Part shown: positions 1 through 10,388 of the stretch, piece by piece
How positions within the stretch are numbered: the first letter of the stretch is position 1
Layout of the letters: each line of letters begins with the position of its first letter
NCBI GenBank assembly: GCA_000165345.1
Contig: CM000436.1
Location: 928,001-992,000, forward strand
Direction of reading: 5' to 3'
Length of the DNA: 64,000 bases
Notes under the pieces: model-generated
Told to the model about the DNA's origin: nothing
Seen by the model: only the letters and a program-made list of their open reading frames with translations
Databases searched by the model: none
Translations under genes and position numbers: made by a program

Positions 1-352
1 TTTATGTCACTTTCACAGGATACTGCTACTTCTAAACTCAAACTATCTAAGCTAGCGCCTATGACTATTCAATTTATGAGAGACTTGAAGACCTTTACAA
101 ATATTGAGTTTACAATTAAAGAAGATACCGAAAATGGTCTATTCATTATACTTTCTTGTACAGGAATAGGCTTCTCTAATTTCGCAAGAAAGGCAGCTTG
201 AAATTCTAATTAAACGATATGAAACTTCTCTCTGTCAAAAATATATTTGATTTTATAAATGTTAATTCGATTTAATTATTAAAAATTTTTACTAGGTTTG
301 AAAATCTTATCTCTTTATATTTTTGATTAATAGCTTCTTTCTTAATACATGC

Positions 353-1027
353 ATGCACGCAATCATTATTTCCTGTGTTAGGCAGTTCGCATATGGTAAA
401 ATAATCGAATTATATAAATATTTAAATTCTTTTAGATTATTTATGAAAATGCCGAGTTTTATTTCAACAATTTACATTCTAATCGGATTGTTAATGAAAA
501 TAGAAATTTCCTACTCTAAGTTTGAATTTTTAAGGAGAGACCATGCATACAAAAATGAAATATTTGAAAAAAATAATCAATCCATTTCTCAAAATAAAGA
601 AAATTTGCATCACTATTTACCTATTTTCAATTTTAGCGAAGAGTTTGTTGCTCCAAATAGAACTTATCAATTTCTTGAATTATACAAAGAAATTTCTACA
701 ATAAAAAGTGCTAATAGCGTTTCATTAAAAAAGGCCTATGTAGACCAAGTTTTGATCCCAAAGACAGATGCAAAGGTGGCGAAACTTAAAGCAGAAACTG
801 CATATATTGAGACAAAAAATGCAGCAAAGAAAAAAAAAATGAGCCAAGTTAAGGGCGACTTTGAAAAAAATATAACATTTTCGTCATTAATTGGAAATCT
901 TCTAAACTCATCTTCCCAGATTAATGGTACTCAGATATTGAATAATATTTATAATGAAACATTTTACTATCTGAATAATAAAAATATGAGTAATTCCACA
1001 GAAGGAATTGTATATGAGCTCGCTTAG
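353..1027 (+). CDS. hypothetical Lys-rich protein (weak; may be non-coding upstream region of ACC)
   Basis: ORF-track ORF 323..1027 starts with TTG. The first ATG is at 353. The protein is low-complexity and K/N-rich, with no recognisable domain. Confidence 0.25.
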   Translation: MHAIIISCVRQFAYGKIIELYKYLNSFRLFMKMPSFISTIYILIGLLMKIEISYSKFEFLRRDHAYKNEIFEKNNQSISQNKENLHHYLPIFNFSEEFVAPNRTYQFLELYKEISTIKSANSVSLKKAYVDQVLIPKTDAKVAKLKAETAYIETKNAAKKKKMSQVKGDFEKNITFSSLIGNLLNSSSQINGTQILNNIYNETFYYLNNKNMSNSTEGIVYELA

Positions 1028-1125
1028 ATTTCGTCATTTTTGATAGCAGAACATTGAGACAACTTTTCGAGTTATCAACGGATTTGTGCATTGTTTAATA
1101 AATTCGTTGCAATGTGCGTATTTTG

Positions 1126-1134
1126 TGCGCCAAT
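1126..1134. promoter_or_regulatory. E2F-like half motif GTGCGCCAA about 210 bp upstream of the ACC start
   Basis: A GC-rich 9-mer in an AT-rich intergenic region. It matches the recurring GGCGCCAA class found elsewhere in this window. Confidence 0.35.
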
Positions 1135-1345
1135 TACAGTAATTGTCAAGCTAAAGTTAATTACTATTAAGGTTTGCATTCTCACAAGCTTTTGTAATGA
1201 AATTTTATTTAAAGTGAGTTTCGGAAGAGAATAGGAGGGTTGCTCATATAATAGGTTAGTATTTTAGTATTGTATACCTTACGTCCAAAACTTACGGGTT
1301 TTGGCCGGGGAAAATCCATAACTAGGCTTGCTCGAATTGCTCAAA

Positions 1346-4300
1346 ATGAAGAAGGAAGAGGAAAACCTTCCAATTTATTCCTCACTAGAGGAATTTATAG
1401 AAATTAATGGAGGCGTTAACCTTATTAAAAAAATTCTAGTGGCCACAAGCGGACAAGCAGCAATAAAGTGTATAAGATCTATGAGGCATTGGGCATATGT
1501 TACATTTGGGAATGAAAAAGCTTTTGAATTTGTAGTAATGGCGACGCCTGAAGATATCCAAAGCAACTCAGAATCTGTGAGCGAAGCTGATTATTATGTT
1601 GATATACCGATGGGCCCAAACTATCATAACTATGCAAATATTGAAGTAATCGTTTCAATAGCAGAAGAACATGAGTGCGATGCTGTCTGGCCAGGATGGG
1701 GTCATGCCTCTGAAAACCCAGAGCTTCCAAAAGCTCTTTTAAGAGCTAGAAGAAAGATTATTTGGATTGGTCCTTCAGCAGAATCAATGGAAACTGTAGG
1801 GCAAAAAATCCAATCAAATATTATTGCTCAATCCGTACAGGTTCCGTGTGTTCCTTGGTCAGGAGATGGAATTTCTGTTAGTGTAGATAGGGATGGGCGC
1901 TTCACAGGTATTGTTTCTGATGAGCAACTTCAAGCAGCGTGCGTCAATAGCACTCAAGAATGTATTGACGTTTGTAAGCGAATTGGATTTCCTGTTATGA
2001 TCAAGGCTAGCTCAGGAGGTGGAGGGAAAGGTATCCGACTTTGCAGTTCCATGGAAGACCTAGAATCAAATTACAGACAAGTTATAAATGAAGTTAAAGG
2101 TAGCCAAGTATTTGTTATGCGAGCAGTTAATAAGTGTAGGCACCTAGAGGTTCAAGTACTAGGAGACAAATATGGTGACGTGTTCGCATTGAGCACAAGA
2201 GATTGCACAATACAGAGGCGTCACCAAAAGGTTATAGAGGAAGGGCCAGTTACAATTGTGAGTCAAGAGATTGTTAAGGAATTGGAGTTATCTGCAGAGA
2301 GGATGTGCAAAGCTGTGGGTTATTCATCTGCAGGAACTGTTGAATTTCTATATGATATTGAACGTTCATGTATAGCTTTTCTAGAAGTTAATGCCAGATT
2401 ACAAGTTGAACATGTTGTTTCTGAGGGAGTAGCTAACTGCAATATACCCGCAGCACAGTTACAAATTGCTATGGGAATTCCATTGAAGAAAATTCGTGAT
2501 ATTGAAGAATATAGAAAGCTAAGAAAGCAGGGGAATGCGCCTCCAAGGCATATTATCGCAGCAAGAATAACATCTGAACATGCTGAGAAAGGATTTACTC
2601 CAACATGTGGAGACGTGTTTGAAATTTCTTTTAGATCTTCGCAAACAGTATGGGGATACTTTTCAGTTGCTTCTCCAGGTCATATCCATCAATACTCCGA
2701 TTCTCAATTCGGACACATTTTTGCTTTTGGAATGAATAGAGAAGAAGCAAGAAAACATTTAATCATGGGTTTGAAGGGCTTAACCATCAGAGGTGAGATT
2801 AGAACAAATGTTGAAGCAGTTTGTAGAATATTAGAAAATCAAGATTTCATTACAGGCAACACATATACACAATGGCTAGAACACAGTGTCTATTTCTCTT
2901 CACCGTTAACTAAAAAAGTTACAATGCAGTATTTGAATGCAGTATTTGCAGCTGCATGTTTCACTGGGCTCAGATACTTCAAAGAAAGTGAGGATACATT
3001 TGTGAGGATGCTTGAGCAAGGACAAGCTCCAACCAGTATCAATATTCAGTATGAAATGACTCTAGTTCACAAGGGGATGAAGTTTATATGTGAGAGCCAC
3101 TTTATTGGTCCTGAACACGTCAGAATTATGTTGAATGGTAGTTCTGTTACAGCGAAGGTGCGTAATATTTATCCACCCAGTATGCAAAATGGGCGTGACT
3201 CGTGCTATTTAATATCAGGAGGTTTTGATGGTAGAAACAGGAAGGTTTTCTTTAAAAAAGATGCTGAAGATAACTTATTGGTTACATTTGATGGAACTAC
3301 TTACACATTCCTAAAAGAGCAAGACCCTCGTCAAGTTAGAGCTCCAGTTAGTGGTAAGTTAGTAAGGTGGTTAATACAAAACGGAGGTCAAGGTGAAAAG
3401 GGCCAGGCATACGTTGAAATAGAAATTATGAAAACATATATGCAGCTAACTCTTTCTCATAGTGGAGTTCTAGAGCATGCTAAACCTCAAGGCGCTTCAT
3501 TCAATGTGGGCGATATCCTAGCAATGTTAGAGCTCCCTAGTGAGTTTATCCCTCCTGCTTTGGAGCTATACCCGCTACCATTTCCAAAAATAGGAGGGGT
3601 AAAATCTCCAAAGCTTGCTCTTGAGACTTTTTGCTCTGGAGGATTTAGAGGAGGCCCGAGAATGGTAGCTTTAGCAAACTTTAGAGAAGGAAAGCAACAG
3701 CTTCTAAATGCACTTAATGGGTTTTTCCCAGCCTTTGAGGATGTTAGAAGCGCTCTTGGGATGTTCTACCATGTTTTAGACCCAATAATGCCATTTATTG
3801 AACTTCAAGAAGCTTGCGAAGTTGCCACACCGCTTATCAAAGTTACAGTTCGAAGAAAAATATCTGATTTGATAGAAGATGTATTTCAAACATTTGAGCA
3901 ATTAAGTAAAAATAGCTGGTATGAACAGTTTGATAGACAATTGAGCGCATTTATTTCTAATAATTCTTGCTTTGAATCTGATGTAATGTCAGACCAATGC
4001 TTGAATTCATTCGAAGATAATGATGATATCGAAGATGAAGGACAGCCACCAAAAGTTCTTCAAGATAAACGCCTAAGTTCTGATGGTTCTGAAATGCCAT
4101 CAATGCTGCTTTCAAACAAAGCTGATGAGCTTGACCCAAAAAATGCGAGCTTCGCACAGAATAAGAAGGAATTAGCCAAAGAAATATTTGTAAATGAGGC
4201 CGAACAAAAAAAAAGTTTTGAAAATTTTCTTGGTACTAATATATATTTGAAGAACCATTCAAAAAATATTAGATCGGCATCTGATTTAGAAATATATATA

Positions 4301-7300
4301 TTGGACTGCTTAAAGATAGTTAGCGATATTATAGAAGAGTCTATACAAGATTCAGATAATGAGAATATTTCCGTCGACGAATTCGTCGCTATAAGAAATC
4401 AGTATGATCCATTAATTCATATAATAAGAAGAAATGAAAAGGGGAGATGGATGAGACTAATGTACGAGCTGCATGAAATTATTCTAAAGTATATTGAAAT
4501 AGAAAAGTTATTTGAAGAACGCTCCTCACTTGTCCCAGCACGCATTATCCCAAGCCTTAGAACGGAGTATGAGCTCCCTGAACTAATGCAAATGGGCCGT
4601 TCTCACCAACAGTTGAGAGTGAAGAATGAAATTATGGAGGAAATCGCAAAAGAAATGGCTAACAATCCATCTTTACTTCAGTGTACTGCTCCATTCAGAG
4701 ATACAATCCATCAAATAGCTGAATTGACATCAACAGAGTACACAAAGGTGGCAGGAGCCTTTAGATACGTATTACTTATGAAAGAGAATGTTACAACAAC
4801 AACTCAAATACAGTCTGTTACAAAAAAAATATTTGAGTATAGTCAGTTAATTTCACTAGCTCAGACACATGGTCAACATCTTATTTCGATTGCTAATACT
4901 CCTTCTTCACCTCTTCAATACCCAATAAATGCAACTCCATCATTATCTACTTGGAGTGGTATTCCAAATTTAGGAAATAGCCAACAGACCTCCTTGTCAA
5001 ATATTATTGCAGACTTCACTAATTTCCCTGATTTCACACTTTTGGCATGCATTGGCCACCCAAATCCAATTATTGGTAAGTTAGCCTTTGAAATATATAT
5101 ACGTCGTCATTATGAAAGATGTGGCTTATCATTTTATGCTATAAAGAGCAGAGGGGAGGCATGGGATAGCTCTGTGGATATTAGCACCGTTGGGAATAGC
5201 AGTATGCTAATGACAAGTTGCCCAGACCTTAAGGGAGCGGTTCCATTAAGAGGAGAAATCCAGAACTTTAACAATATTTTGGGGGTGTGGACACATAATG
5301 CCTTAACAACATCATCGTTTTTCCAAAATCAATGTGATCCTTTAAGGTCAAATACTTTAAATATCCCTGCAATACAAAATAATGTGGATCAATATAATCA
5401 AAATGAAAACAATTCTAAAGGTAGAACACTAAGCATATTAGAATCAAATAATACATCAAAAAATATGAGCTCAAAGTGCCATGTAAAAGGGGCAATACAT
5501 ATTGAAAATAGCCGTTGGAAAAGCATGCTAAATGCATTTAGTGGGCAAAGCTTAAGCAGCATTGCAGATGACTTGTTGGAGGAGTCTCTTCCCATTCAAA
5601 CCAGTATTGGGCTTTATTTTGAATCTATATCTGATTTCCAAGACAGATTTGAACAGTGTGTTGATGAATTGAAAATCTTACATGGGTTTTTCCCCCAAAT
5701 TTCTTCATCTGTTGATTCTATCGTCATGTTAGTTATTTTGTCTAGTTTTTCCAATGGCGAGATCACTACTGAGTCGGAAGTGGCTTCGATTAATGATGAA
5801 AATGATTCCTCTTCCATTGAAACTCAATCAAACTCAAGGGACATAATAGAGATTCTTAAAGGAACTATTAACAAACACCAAGAAAAACTCTCTAACAATA
5901 ACATACACATGATTTCATTTACAATAGCTCCTTATTCAGATCAAAACAAACCTGAGTCACTTTCTGCAAGCTTAGTTTATCTAAAAACTCCTGTTCATTA
6001 CCATTTCAGGTCTAAAAAGGGAATTCCAATTTATAAATACAATTCTCAAGATCTGGAATCTAACTTATCTTTACAAGATAGCCTAATGAATCAAGCTGAA
6101 AGTGTTGAAATGGAAGATTTGGAGAACAACTATTTTATTGAAGAACCATTTATTAGAAATATTCCTAGTACTTTACTTTCTACACTTGAACTGAAGAGGT
6201 TGCGTTACTTTACAATAAAGTCAATTCCTACATCAATTTCAGGGATAAATTTATATGTTGGTACACCAAGAGAACTTTGTTCCGGTTATTCTGTTATTGG
6301 TAAACGCAAAGAAGCCGAAAACAAGGAAAACAACTCTTCATTGAAAAATGGAAACTCAAATATTAGTAAATCTCACGAATCTGATTCAGGAAAAAATGTC
6401 AAACTTTCTGAATCAAATACTTCGGAAAAGCCTAATTATTCTGGCCCCCAAACCAAAAGAATCTCAACAAAGGAAATGGAAGGTGAAAATCTGACAAATA
6501 AATCTAACAAGACTTTAAGTGCAAAACCAGTTACAAGCAAAATTTCTGGATATAATAAACAGAGAAGATATTTCATAAGAGTATTAGTTCAACATGAATG
6601 CAGTGAGTTATACTTTGAGGAACAGGAAAGATACTTTATAGCAGCCTTAAGTACTTTAGAGTCTTGGTTATCTTTTGACCAAAACTATTCGAATACAAGT
6701 TCAAGCACAGTTTCAAGAGGTCATACAGGTCTTAACCATCTTCTTTTTACTTCTGTTGGGGTTTTAAATGATAAAAACTCAGGCTATATTACAACCAGCA
6801 TGGCAGAAGAAGCAGCAAGAACATTAGTTCAGCGATATTCGCAACGAATACAGCAGAGTTCACTACAAACCATGGAGTTCCGCTATATTCAAAGGTCAGT
6901 ATATCAAAAAGATAGTAATAACGTTGTTGTGCCCGTTCGTTTTGTGGTAGATAACCCAACAGGGCAAGCAATTAGATTACGCAGTTTTGTTGAAATAAAG
7001 AATCCCACAACTAGTGGAGGAAAAGTGTTTGCAGCTATAGACTCTAAACAGTCATTCTTAAACTTTGTATCCACAAGCAGATCTGACAAAACTTTCAGCT
7101 TACCTGGGCTTCAACAGTCTAAAAGCCTAAAAGAAATCTCTAATCTTAATAAAGGGTCTAAAATTCTGACAATTAATGAAAATATGGTTCCAAATTTGGC
7201 TTTATATCAACATGAACACATTTATGACGGGAAACCTCTGGATATTCCTCATCCTTTAATTGGAAAAATTGATCAGAAAAGGTATCAGGCTGCAGAGTTG

Positions 7301-9523
7301 AATACGGTTTATATATATGATTTCTTGGATCTATTTGAAGAAGCAATTAAGAGTTTGTGGAATAAATGCCCAAAATACTTTGTTACAACGCCTTCTAGTG
7401 TTTCGCTTTCTAAATCAAACATAAAATCAGCAAGAGCAAATGGTTCTACTACAGCAGGAATCTCAACTAATTGTGAATCGGGCTTTGAACAATCTAGTGG
7501 AAAGACAGCATTTTTGCCCAATAAACTCTTAGAGTATGTTGAATTGGATATCAATAAGGATTCAGGAGAACTAGAATGCGTTAGTAGAGAGCCTGGGAAT
7601 AACACCTGTGGAATGGTTGCATGGTGTATTACTATGCATACTCCAGAGTACCCAAAGGGTAGAAGAGTGATTCTTATTGGAAATGATATTACTTATCAAA
7701 TGGGGACCTTTGGCATTCAAGAGGATCTTTTGTTTCAAAGAGCATCGGAATACGCAAGAAGCTTAGGAATCCCTAGAATATTTATTGCAGCAAATAGTGG
7801 TGCTAGAATGGGGCTAGCGACGGAGGTTCAGAAATGCATGAAAGTTGAATTTGTTGATCCTGAAAACCCAGTTAAGGGATACAAGTATCTATATGTTACG
7901 GAAGAAGACTATAACAAATTTGATCTGCAGAATAGTATTAATTACGAAGTAATAGATCATCCTAAAGATGGGAAAATATACAAAATTACTGATGTTATTG
8001 GATCTCAGCTAGGACTTGGAGTTGAGAATCTCTCAGGAAGCGGAGGAATTGCAGGTGAAACATCAAAGGCATCTAAGTCGATTATGACAATTACATATGC
8101 AACTACTAGAACAGTTGGAATTGGTGCCTATTTAGCAAGGCTTGGTCATAGAGTTATTCAAAAAGCTCATGGAGCTCCAATAGTACTTACAGGATATCAG
8201 GCACTTAATAAGGTAGCGTCAAAAGAAATTTATAGCAGCAATGATGAATTGGGAGGTACAGAGATTATGGCAAAAAATGGTGTAACACACCTCGTTGTTA
8301 AAGATGACTTAGAGGGTTGCGTAGAAATACTTAAATGGCTGAGCTATGTACCTGAATGCGTCGGAGGAAGGCTACCAATAATGGTGGATCCAACAGATCC
8401 TATATATAGGAATATTACATACTCTTGTAATAGTAATACTGAAGACCCAAGATTAATGCTTACTGGATGCGTAGACTCAAGAGGACGTTGGCTATCTGGT
8501 CTCTGTGATAAAGATTCTTTCAAAGAAGTTATGAGTGATTGGGCGAAAAGCGTAATAGTAGGTAGAGGAAGAATTGGGGGAATACCTGTTGGGTTCATTT
8601 TAGTTGAAACTAGAGTTACTGAATACATTCAGCCAGCAGATCCAGTAATGCCACACACAAGTGAACTTAGAGTTACTAGGGCAGGACAAATATGGTTCCC
8701 TGATTCTGCATATAAGACTGCACAAGCAATTCGTGATTTCAATATGGAAGAACTCCCATTGATAATTCTTGCAAATTGGAGAGGATTTAGTGGAGGCCAG
8801 AAAGATATGTTTGACCAAGTCCTAAAGTTTGGGTCTTACGTAGTTGATGAACTTGTCAATTATAAACAACCTTGCTTTGTTTACATACCTCCAAAGGGAG
8901 AACTGCGCGGAGGAGCTTGGGTAGTAGTAGACTCAAATATTAATCCAGAATTCATTGAAATGTATGCCGACCCTACAGCAAGAGGAAGCGTCTTGGAAGC
9001 TGCTGGAATAGTTGAAATTAAGTTTAGAAGCAAGGCGCTTAAAGAATGGATGATGAGATTAGATCCAGAATTACTCTCCCTACAAGAGAAAGATCAACTA
9101 CTTCATCTTAAAGGCTATCCAATAGACTCTTCTGAAAGAAGCTCAATAAAAGAAAAGATTAATAAAAGATGCAGCTTACTTCATTCAGTTTATCACGCCG
9201 CTGCAATTCATTTTGCAGATTTGCACGATACTTCAAATAGAATGAAAGCTAAGCAAGCAATCCATGATATTGTTCAGTGGAAGAATGCAAGAGTTTTTTT
9301 CATTCATCGAATCAAAAGACAATTACTGCTTTTTTCTTTAAGGTCTGAAATTTCCCAAAAGCTTGGAATTTCTCTCACAGATTCTCAAAATGTGGTCTTT
9401 CAATGGGCAATACAAGACGGAATAGATCCAAATAATAACACTCAATTCATTCAATGGATTTGCCACAGTGCTAACATTATTGAACAGAGAATCTCTCAAC
9501 TATCTAGCTCTGATATAAGGTAG
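1346..9523 (+). CDS. ACC: acetyl-CoA carboxylase, multidomain eukaryotic type (biotin carboxylase + BCCP + carboxyltransferase), about 2726 aa
   Basis: ORF 1328..9523 starts with TTG. The first ATG is at 1346 (MKKEEENLP). Biotin carboxylase motifs are present (PVMIKASSGGGGKGIR, EVNARLQVEH), as is the biotinyl-lysine region (YVEIEIMKTYMQL). The C-terminal half is a carboxyltransferase (GGAWVVVDS, ANWRGFSGGQKDMFD). Low-complexity N/S-rich inserts are typical of apicomplexan orthologues. Confidence 0.95.
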   Translation: MKKEEENLPIYSSLEEFIEINGGVNLIKKILVATSGQAAIKCIRSMRHWAYVTFGNEKAFEFVVMATPEDIQSNSESVSEADYYVDIPMGPNYHNYANIEVIVSIAEEHECDAVWPGWGHASENPELPKALLRARRKIIWIGPSAESMETVGQKIQSNIIAQSVQVPCVPWSGDGISVSVDRDGRFTGIVSDEQLQAACVNSTQECIDVCKRIGFPVMIKASSGGGGKGIRLCSSMEDLESNYRQVINEVKGSQVFVMRAVNKCRHLEVQVLGDKYGDVFALSTRDCTIQRRHQKVIEEGPVTIVSQEIVKELELSAERMCKAVGYSSAGTVEFLYDIERSCIAFLEVNARLQVEHVVSEGVANCNIPAAQLQIAMGIPLKKIRDIEEYRKLRKQGNAPPRHIIAARITSEHAEKGFTPTCGDVFEISFRSSQTVWGYFSVASPGHIHQYSDSQFGHIFAFGMNREEARKHLIMGLKGLTIRGEIRTNVEAVCRILENQDFITGNTYTQWLEHSVYFSSPLTKKVTMQYLNAVFAAACFTGLRYFKESEDTFVRMLEQGQAPTSINIQYEMTLVHKGMKFICESHFIGPEHVRIMLNGSSVTAKVRNIYPPSMQNGRDSCYLISGGFDGRNRKVFFKKDAEDNLLVTFDGTTYTFLKEQDPRQVRAPVSGKLVRWLIQNGGQGEKGQAYVEIEIMKTYMQLTLSHSGVLEHAKPQGASFNVGDILAMLELPSEFIPPALELYPLPFPKIGGVKSPKLALETFCSGGFRGGPRMVALANFREGKQQLLNALNGFFPAFEDVRSALGMFYHVLDPIMPFIELQEACEVATPLIKVTVRRKISDLIEDVFQTFEQLSKNSWYEQFDRQLSAFISNNSCFESDVMSDQCLNSFEDNDDIEDEGQPPKVLQDKRLSSDGSEMPSMLLSNKADELDPKNASFAQNKKELAKEIFVNEAEQKKSFENFLGTNIYLKNHSKNIRSASDLEIYILDCLKIVSDIIEESIQDSDNENISVDEFVAIRNQYDPLIHIIRRNEKGRWMRLMYELHEIILKYIEIEKLFEERSSLVPARIIPSLRTEYELPELMQMGRSHQQLRVKNEIMEEIAKEMANNPSLLQCTAPFRDTIHQIAELTSTEYTKVAGAFRYVLLMKENVTTTTQIQSVTKKIFEYSQLISLAQTHGQHLISIANTPSSPLQYPINATPSLSTWSGIPNLGNSQQTSLSNIIADFTNFPDFTLLACIGHPNPIIGKLAFEIYIRRHYERCGLSFYAIKSRGEAWDSSVDISTVGNSSMLMTSCPDLKGAVPLRGEIQNFNNILGVWTHNALTTSSFFQNQCDPLRSNTLNIPAIQNNVDQYNQNENNSKGRTLSILESNNTSKNMSSKCHVKGAIHIENSRWKSMLNAFSGQSLSSIADDLLEESLPIQTSIGLYFESISDFQDRFEQCVDELKILHGFFPQISSSVDSIVMLVILSSFSNGEITTESEVASINDENDSSSIETQSNSRDIIEILKGTINKHQEKLSNNNIHMISFTIAPYSDQNKPESLSASLVYLKTPVHYHFRSKKGIPIYKYNSQDLESNLSLQDSLMNQAESVEMEDLENNYFIEEPFIRNIPSTLLSTLELKRLRYFTIKSIPTSISGINLYVGTPRELCSGYSVIGKRKEAENKENNSSLKNGNSNISKSHESDSGKNVKLSESNTSEKPNYSGPQTKRISTKEMEGENLTNKSNKTLSAKPVTSKISGYNKQRRYFIRVLVQHECSELYFEEQERYFIAALSTLESWLSFDQNYSNTSSSTVSRGHTGLNHLLFTSVGVLNDKNSGYITTSMAEEAARTLVQRYSQRIQQSSLQTMEFRYIQRSVYQKDSNNVVVPVRFVVDNPTGQAIRLRSFVEIKNPTTSGGKVFAAIDSKQSFLNFVSTSRSDKTFSLPGLQQSKSLKEISNLNKGSKILTINENMVPNLALYQHEHIYDGKPLDIPHPLIGKIDQKRYQAAELNTVYIYDFLDLFEEAIKSLWNKCPKYFVTTPSSVSLSKSNIKSARANGSTTAGISTNCESGFEQSSGKTAFLPNKLLEYVELDINKDSGELECVSREPGNNTCGMVAWCITMHTPEYPKGRRVILIGNDITYQMGTFGIQEDLLFQRASEYARSLGIPRIFIAANSGARMGLATEVQKCMKVEFVDPENPVKGYKYLYVTEEDYNKFDLQNSINYEVIDHPKDGKIYKITDVIGSQLGLGVENLSGSGGIAGETSKASKSIMTITYATTRTVGIGAYLARLGHRVIQKAHGAPIVLTGYQALNKVASKEIYSSNDELGGTEIMAKNGVTHLVVKDDLEGCVEILKWLSYVPECVGGRLPIMVDPTDPIYRNITYSCNSNTEDPRLMLTGCVDSRGRWLSGLCDKDSFKEVMSDWAKSVIVGRGRIGGIPVGFILVETRVTEYIQPADPVMPHTSELRVTRAGQIWFPDSAYKTAQAIRDFNMEELPLIILANWRGFSGGQKDMFDQVLKFGSYVVDELVNYKQPCFVYIPPKGELRGGAWVVVDSNINPEFIEMYADPTARGSVLEAAGIVEIKFRSKALKEWMMRLDPELLSLQEKDQLLHLKGYPIDSSERSSIKEKINKRCSLLHSVYHAAAIHFADLHDTSNRMKAKQAIHDIVQWKNARVFFIHRIKRQLLLFSLRSEISQKLGISLTDSQNVVFQWAIQDGIDPNNNTQFIQWICHSANIIEQRISQLSSSDIR

Positions 9524-9689
9524 AAAATGGAGTATTATTAATATTTATTGGAAAGAAAACACAAAATTTAATGTTAACAAAATAATCAATAATTTTAATA
9601 TAATAATCACTTAGATAGAAAGAAAACATGGATTATAAGTTAATGCGAATATAAAATTTAATAATAAGTTGTTGTTGTTCTTCGAGAAT

Positions 9690-10118
9690 TCAGTATTTAT
9701 ATTTAGTGGAGTAGTCTTTAGGCGAAACTACGAGCCCTTTGCCTTTTTGCACTCCACGGTATATTGTTTCAACTATATCAATAAACTCCTGCTTATTATT
9801 GAGCGGCCAATTGATTTTATTATTGTTTCCAGTACCAAGATCCACCATAATATGTTTATTTCTAAAAAAAAACATGACGGATACCGGGTCATATAGCTCG
9901 TACATTGTATTGAAATCAGGAACTTCGGTAATATCAACTAAGTAAATTACACAAAAATTCTTTACATCCTCCGCTACTTTATATAATACTTCATCCATTA
10001 ACATACAATCTGCATCATAGTCATGCCCAAATCGTATGCATACGATTCTTTCTTCTTCCGAAAGTATTGCCTGATCTACCGACCAACCATTGTGGAGATG
10101 TTGCAACATGTAGGACAT
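9690..10118 (-). CDS. DIM1: Dim1 / U5 snRNP 15-kDa thioredoxin-like protein (TXNL4A homolog), 142 aa
   Basis: Near-identical across its length to conserved Dim1 (MSYMLQHLHNGW..DQAILSEEER..IRFGHD..VIYLVDITEVPDFN..YELYDP..MFFFRNKHIM.DLGTGNNNKINW..VSPKDYSTKYKY). ATG at 10118 confirmed. Confidence 0.9.
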   Translation of the reverse strand: MSYMLQHLHNGWSVDQAILSEEERIVCIRFGHDYDADCMLMDEVLYKVAEDVKNFCVIYLVDITEVPDFNTMYELYDPVSVMFFFRNKHIMVDLGTGNNNKINWPLNNKQEFIDIVETIYRGVQKGKGLVVSPKDYSTKYKY

Positions 10119-10256
10119 CTTTTTTTTTTTTTATAAAGCTAGCCTTAAACTATCCAGATTTATTAATTACTAGATTGAGGAGGTTTTATTTTGTCAAGTA
10201 ATATTTATTAGTTAATAAATTACCTTTAAAATGCATCAAAACCGATTTTTACTCCA

Positions 10257-10269
10257 TTTTGGCGGGAAT
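10257..10269. promoter_or_regulatory. E2F-like motif TTTTGGCGGGAAT in the DIM1 / 10389 divergent promoter
   Basis: Canonical TTTSGCGGGAA-type E2F-like site. It lies 138 bp upstream of DIM1 and 120 bp upstream of the 10389 gene. Confidence 0.55.
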
Positions 10270-10388
10270 ATAGAAATTGCATCGTTAATTTTTTTTTTCT
10301 ACAATTTTTTTTTTAAAGAATATTTCGTACACTCTCGCTTGAACAAGAATTAAAAGTATTCACATTGACTTGAAGTATACAACTCATT

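Noticed and set aside
4-201. 65-aa ORF at the window start
   Set aside because: It is short and has no domain. It is possibly the tail of a gene truncated by the window edge, but this cannot be supported.
1289-1345. Minus-strand ATGGATTTTCCCCGGCCAAAACCC|GTAAGT mini-exon just upstream of ACC
   Set aside because: There is no phase-compatible downstream acceptor or exon before the 323..1027 region. It is more likely a GC-rich ACC promoter element (GGCCGGGG).
3355-3360. GTAAGT hexamers inside the ACC ORF (3355, 5087) as possible introns
   Set aside because: They encode conserved residues (..VSGKLVRW.. in the biotinyl domain; ..IIGKLAF..). The reading frame continues for kilobases on both sides without interruption.
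1375-9523. Dozens of 60-110-aa ORFs antisense to or overlapping large genes (e.g. 1375..1566-, 5398..5817-, 22167..22777+, 56912..57172+)
   Set aside because: They are nested within strongly supported long ORFs, have no homolog-like features, and use TTG/GTG starts from the bacterial start table. They are chance ORFs in AT-rich DNA.
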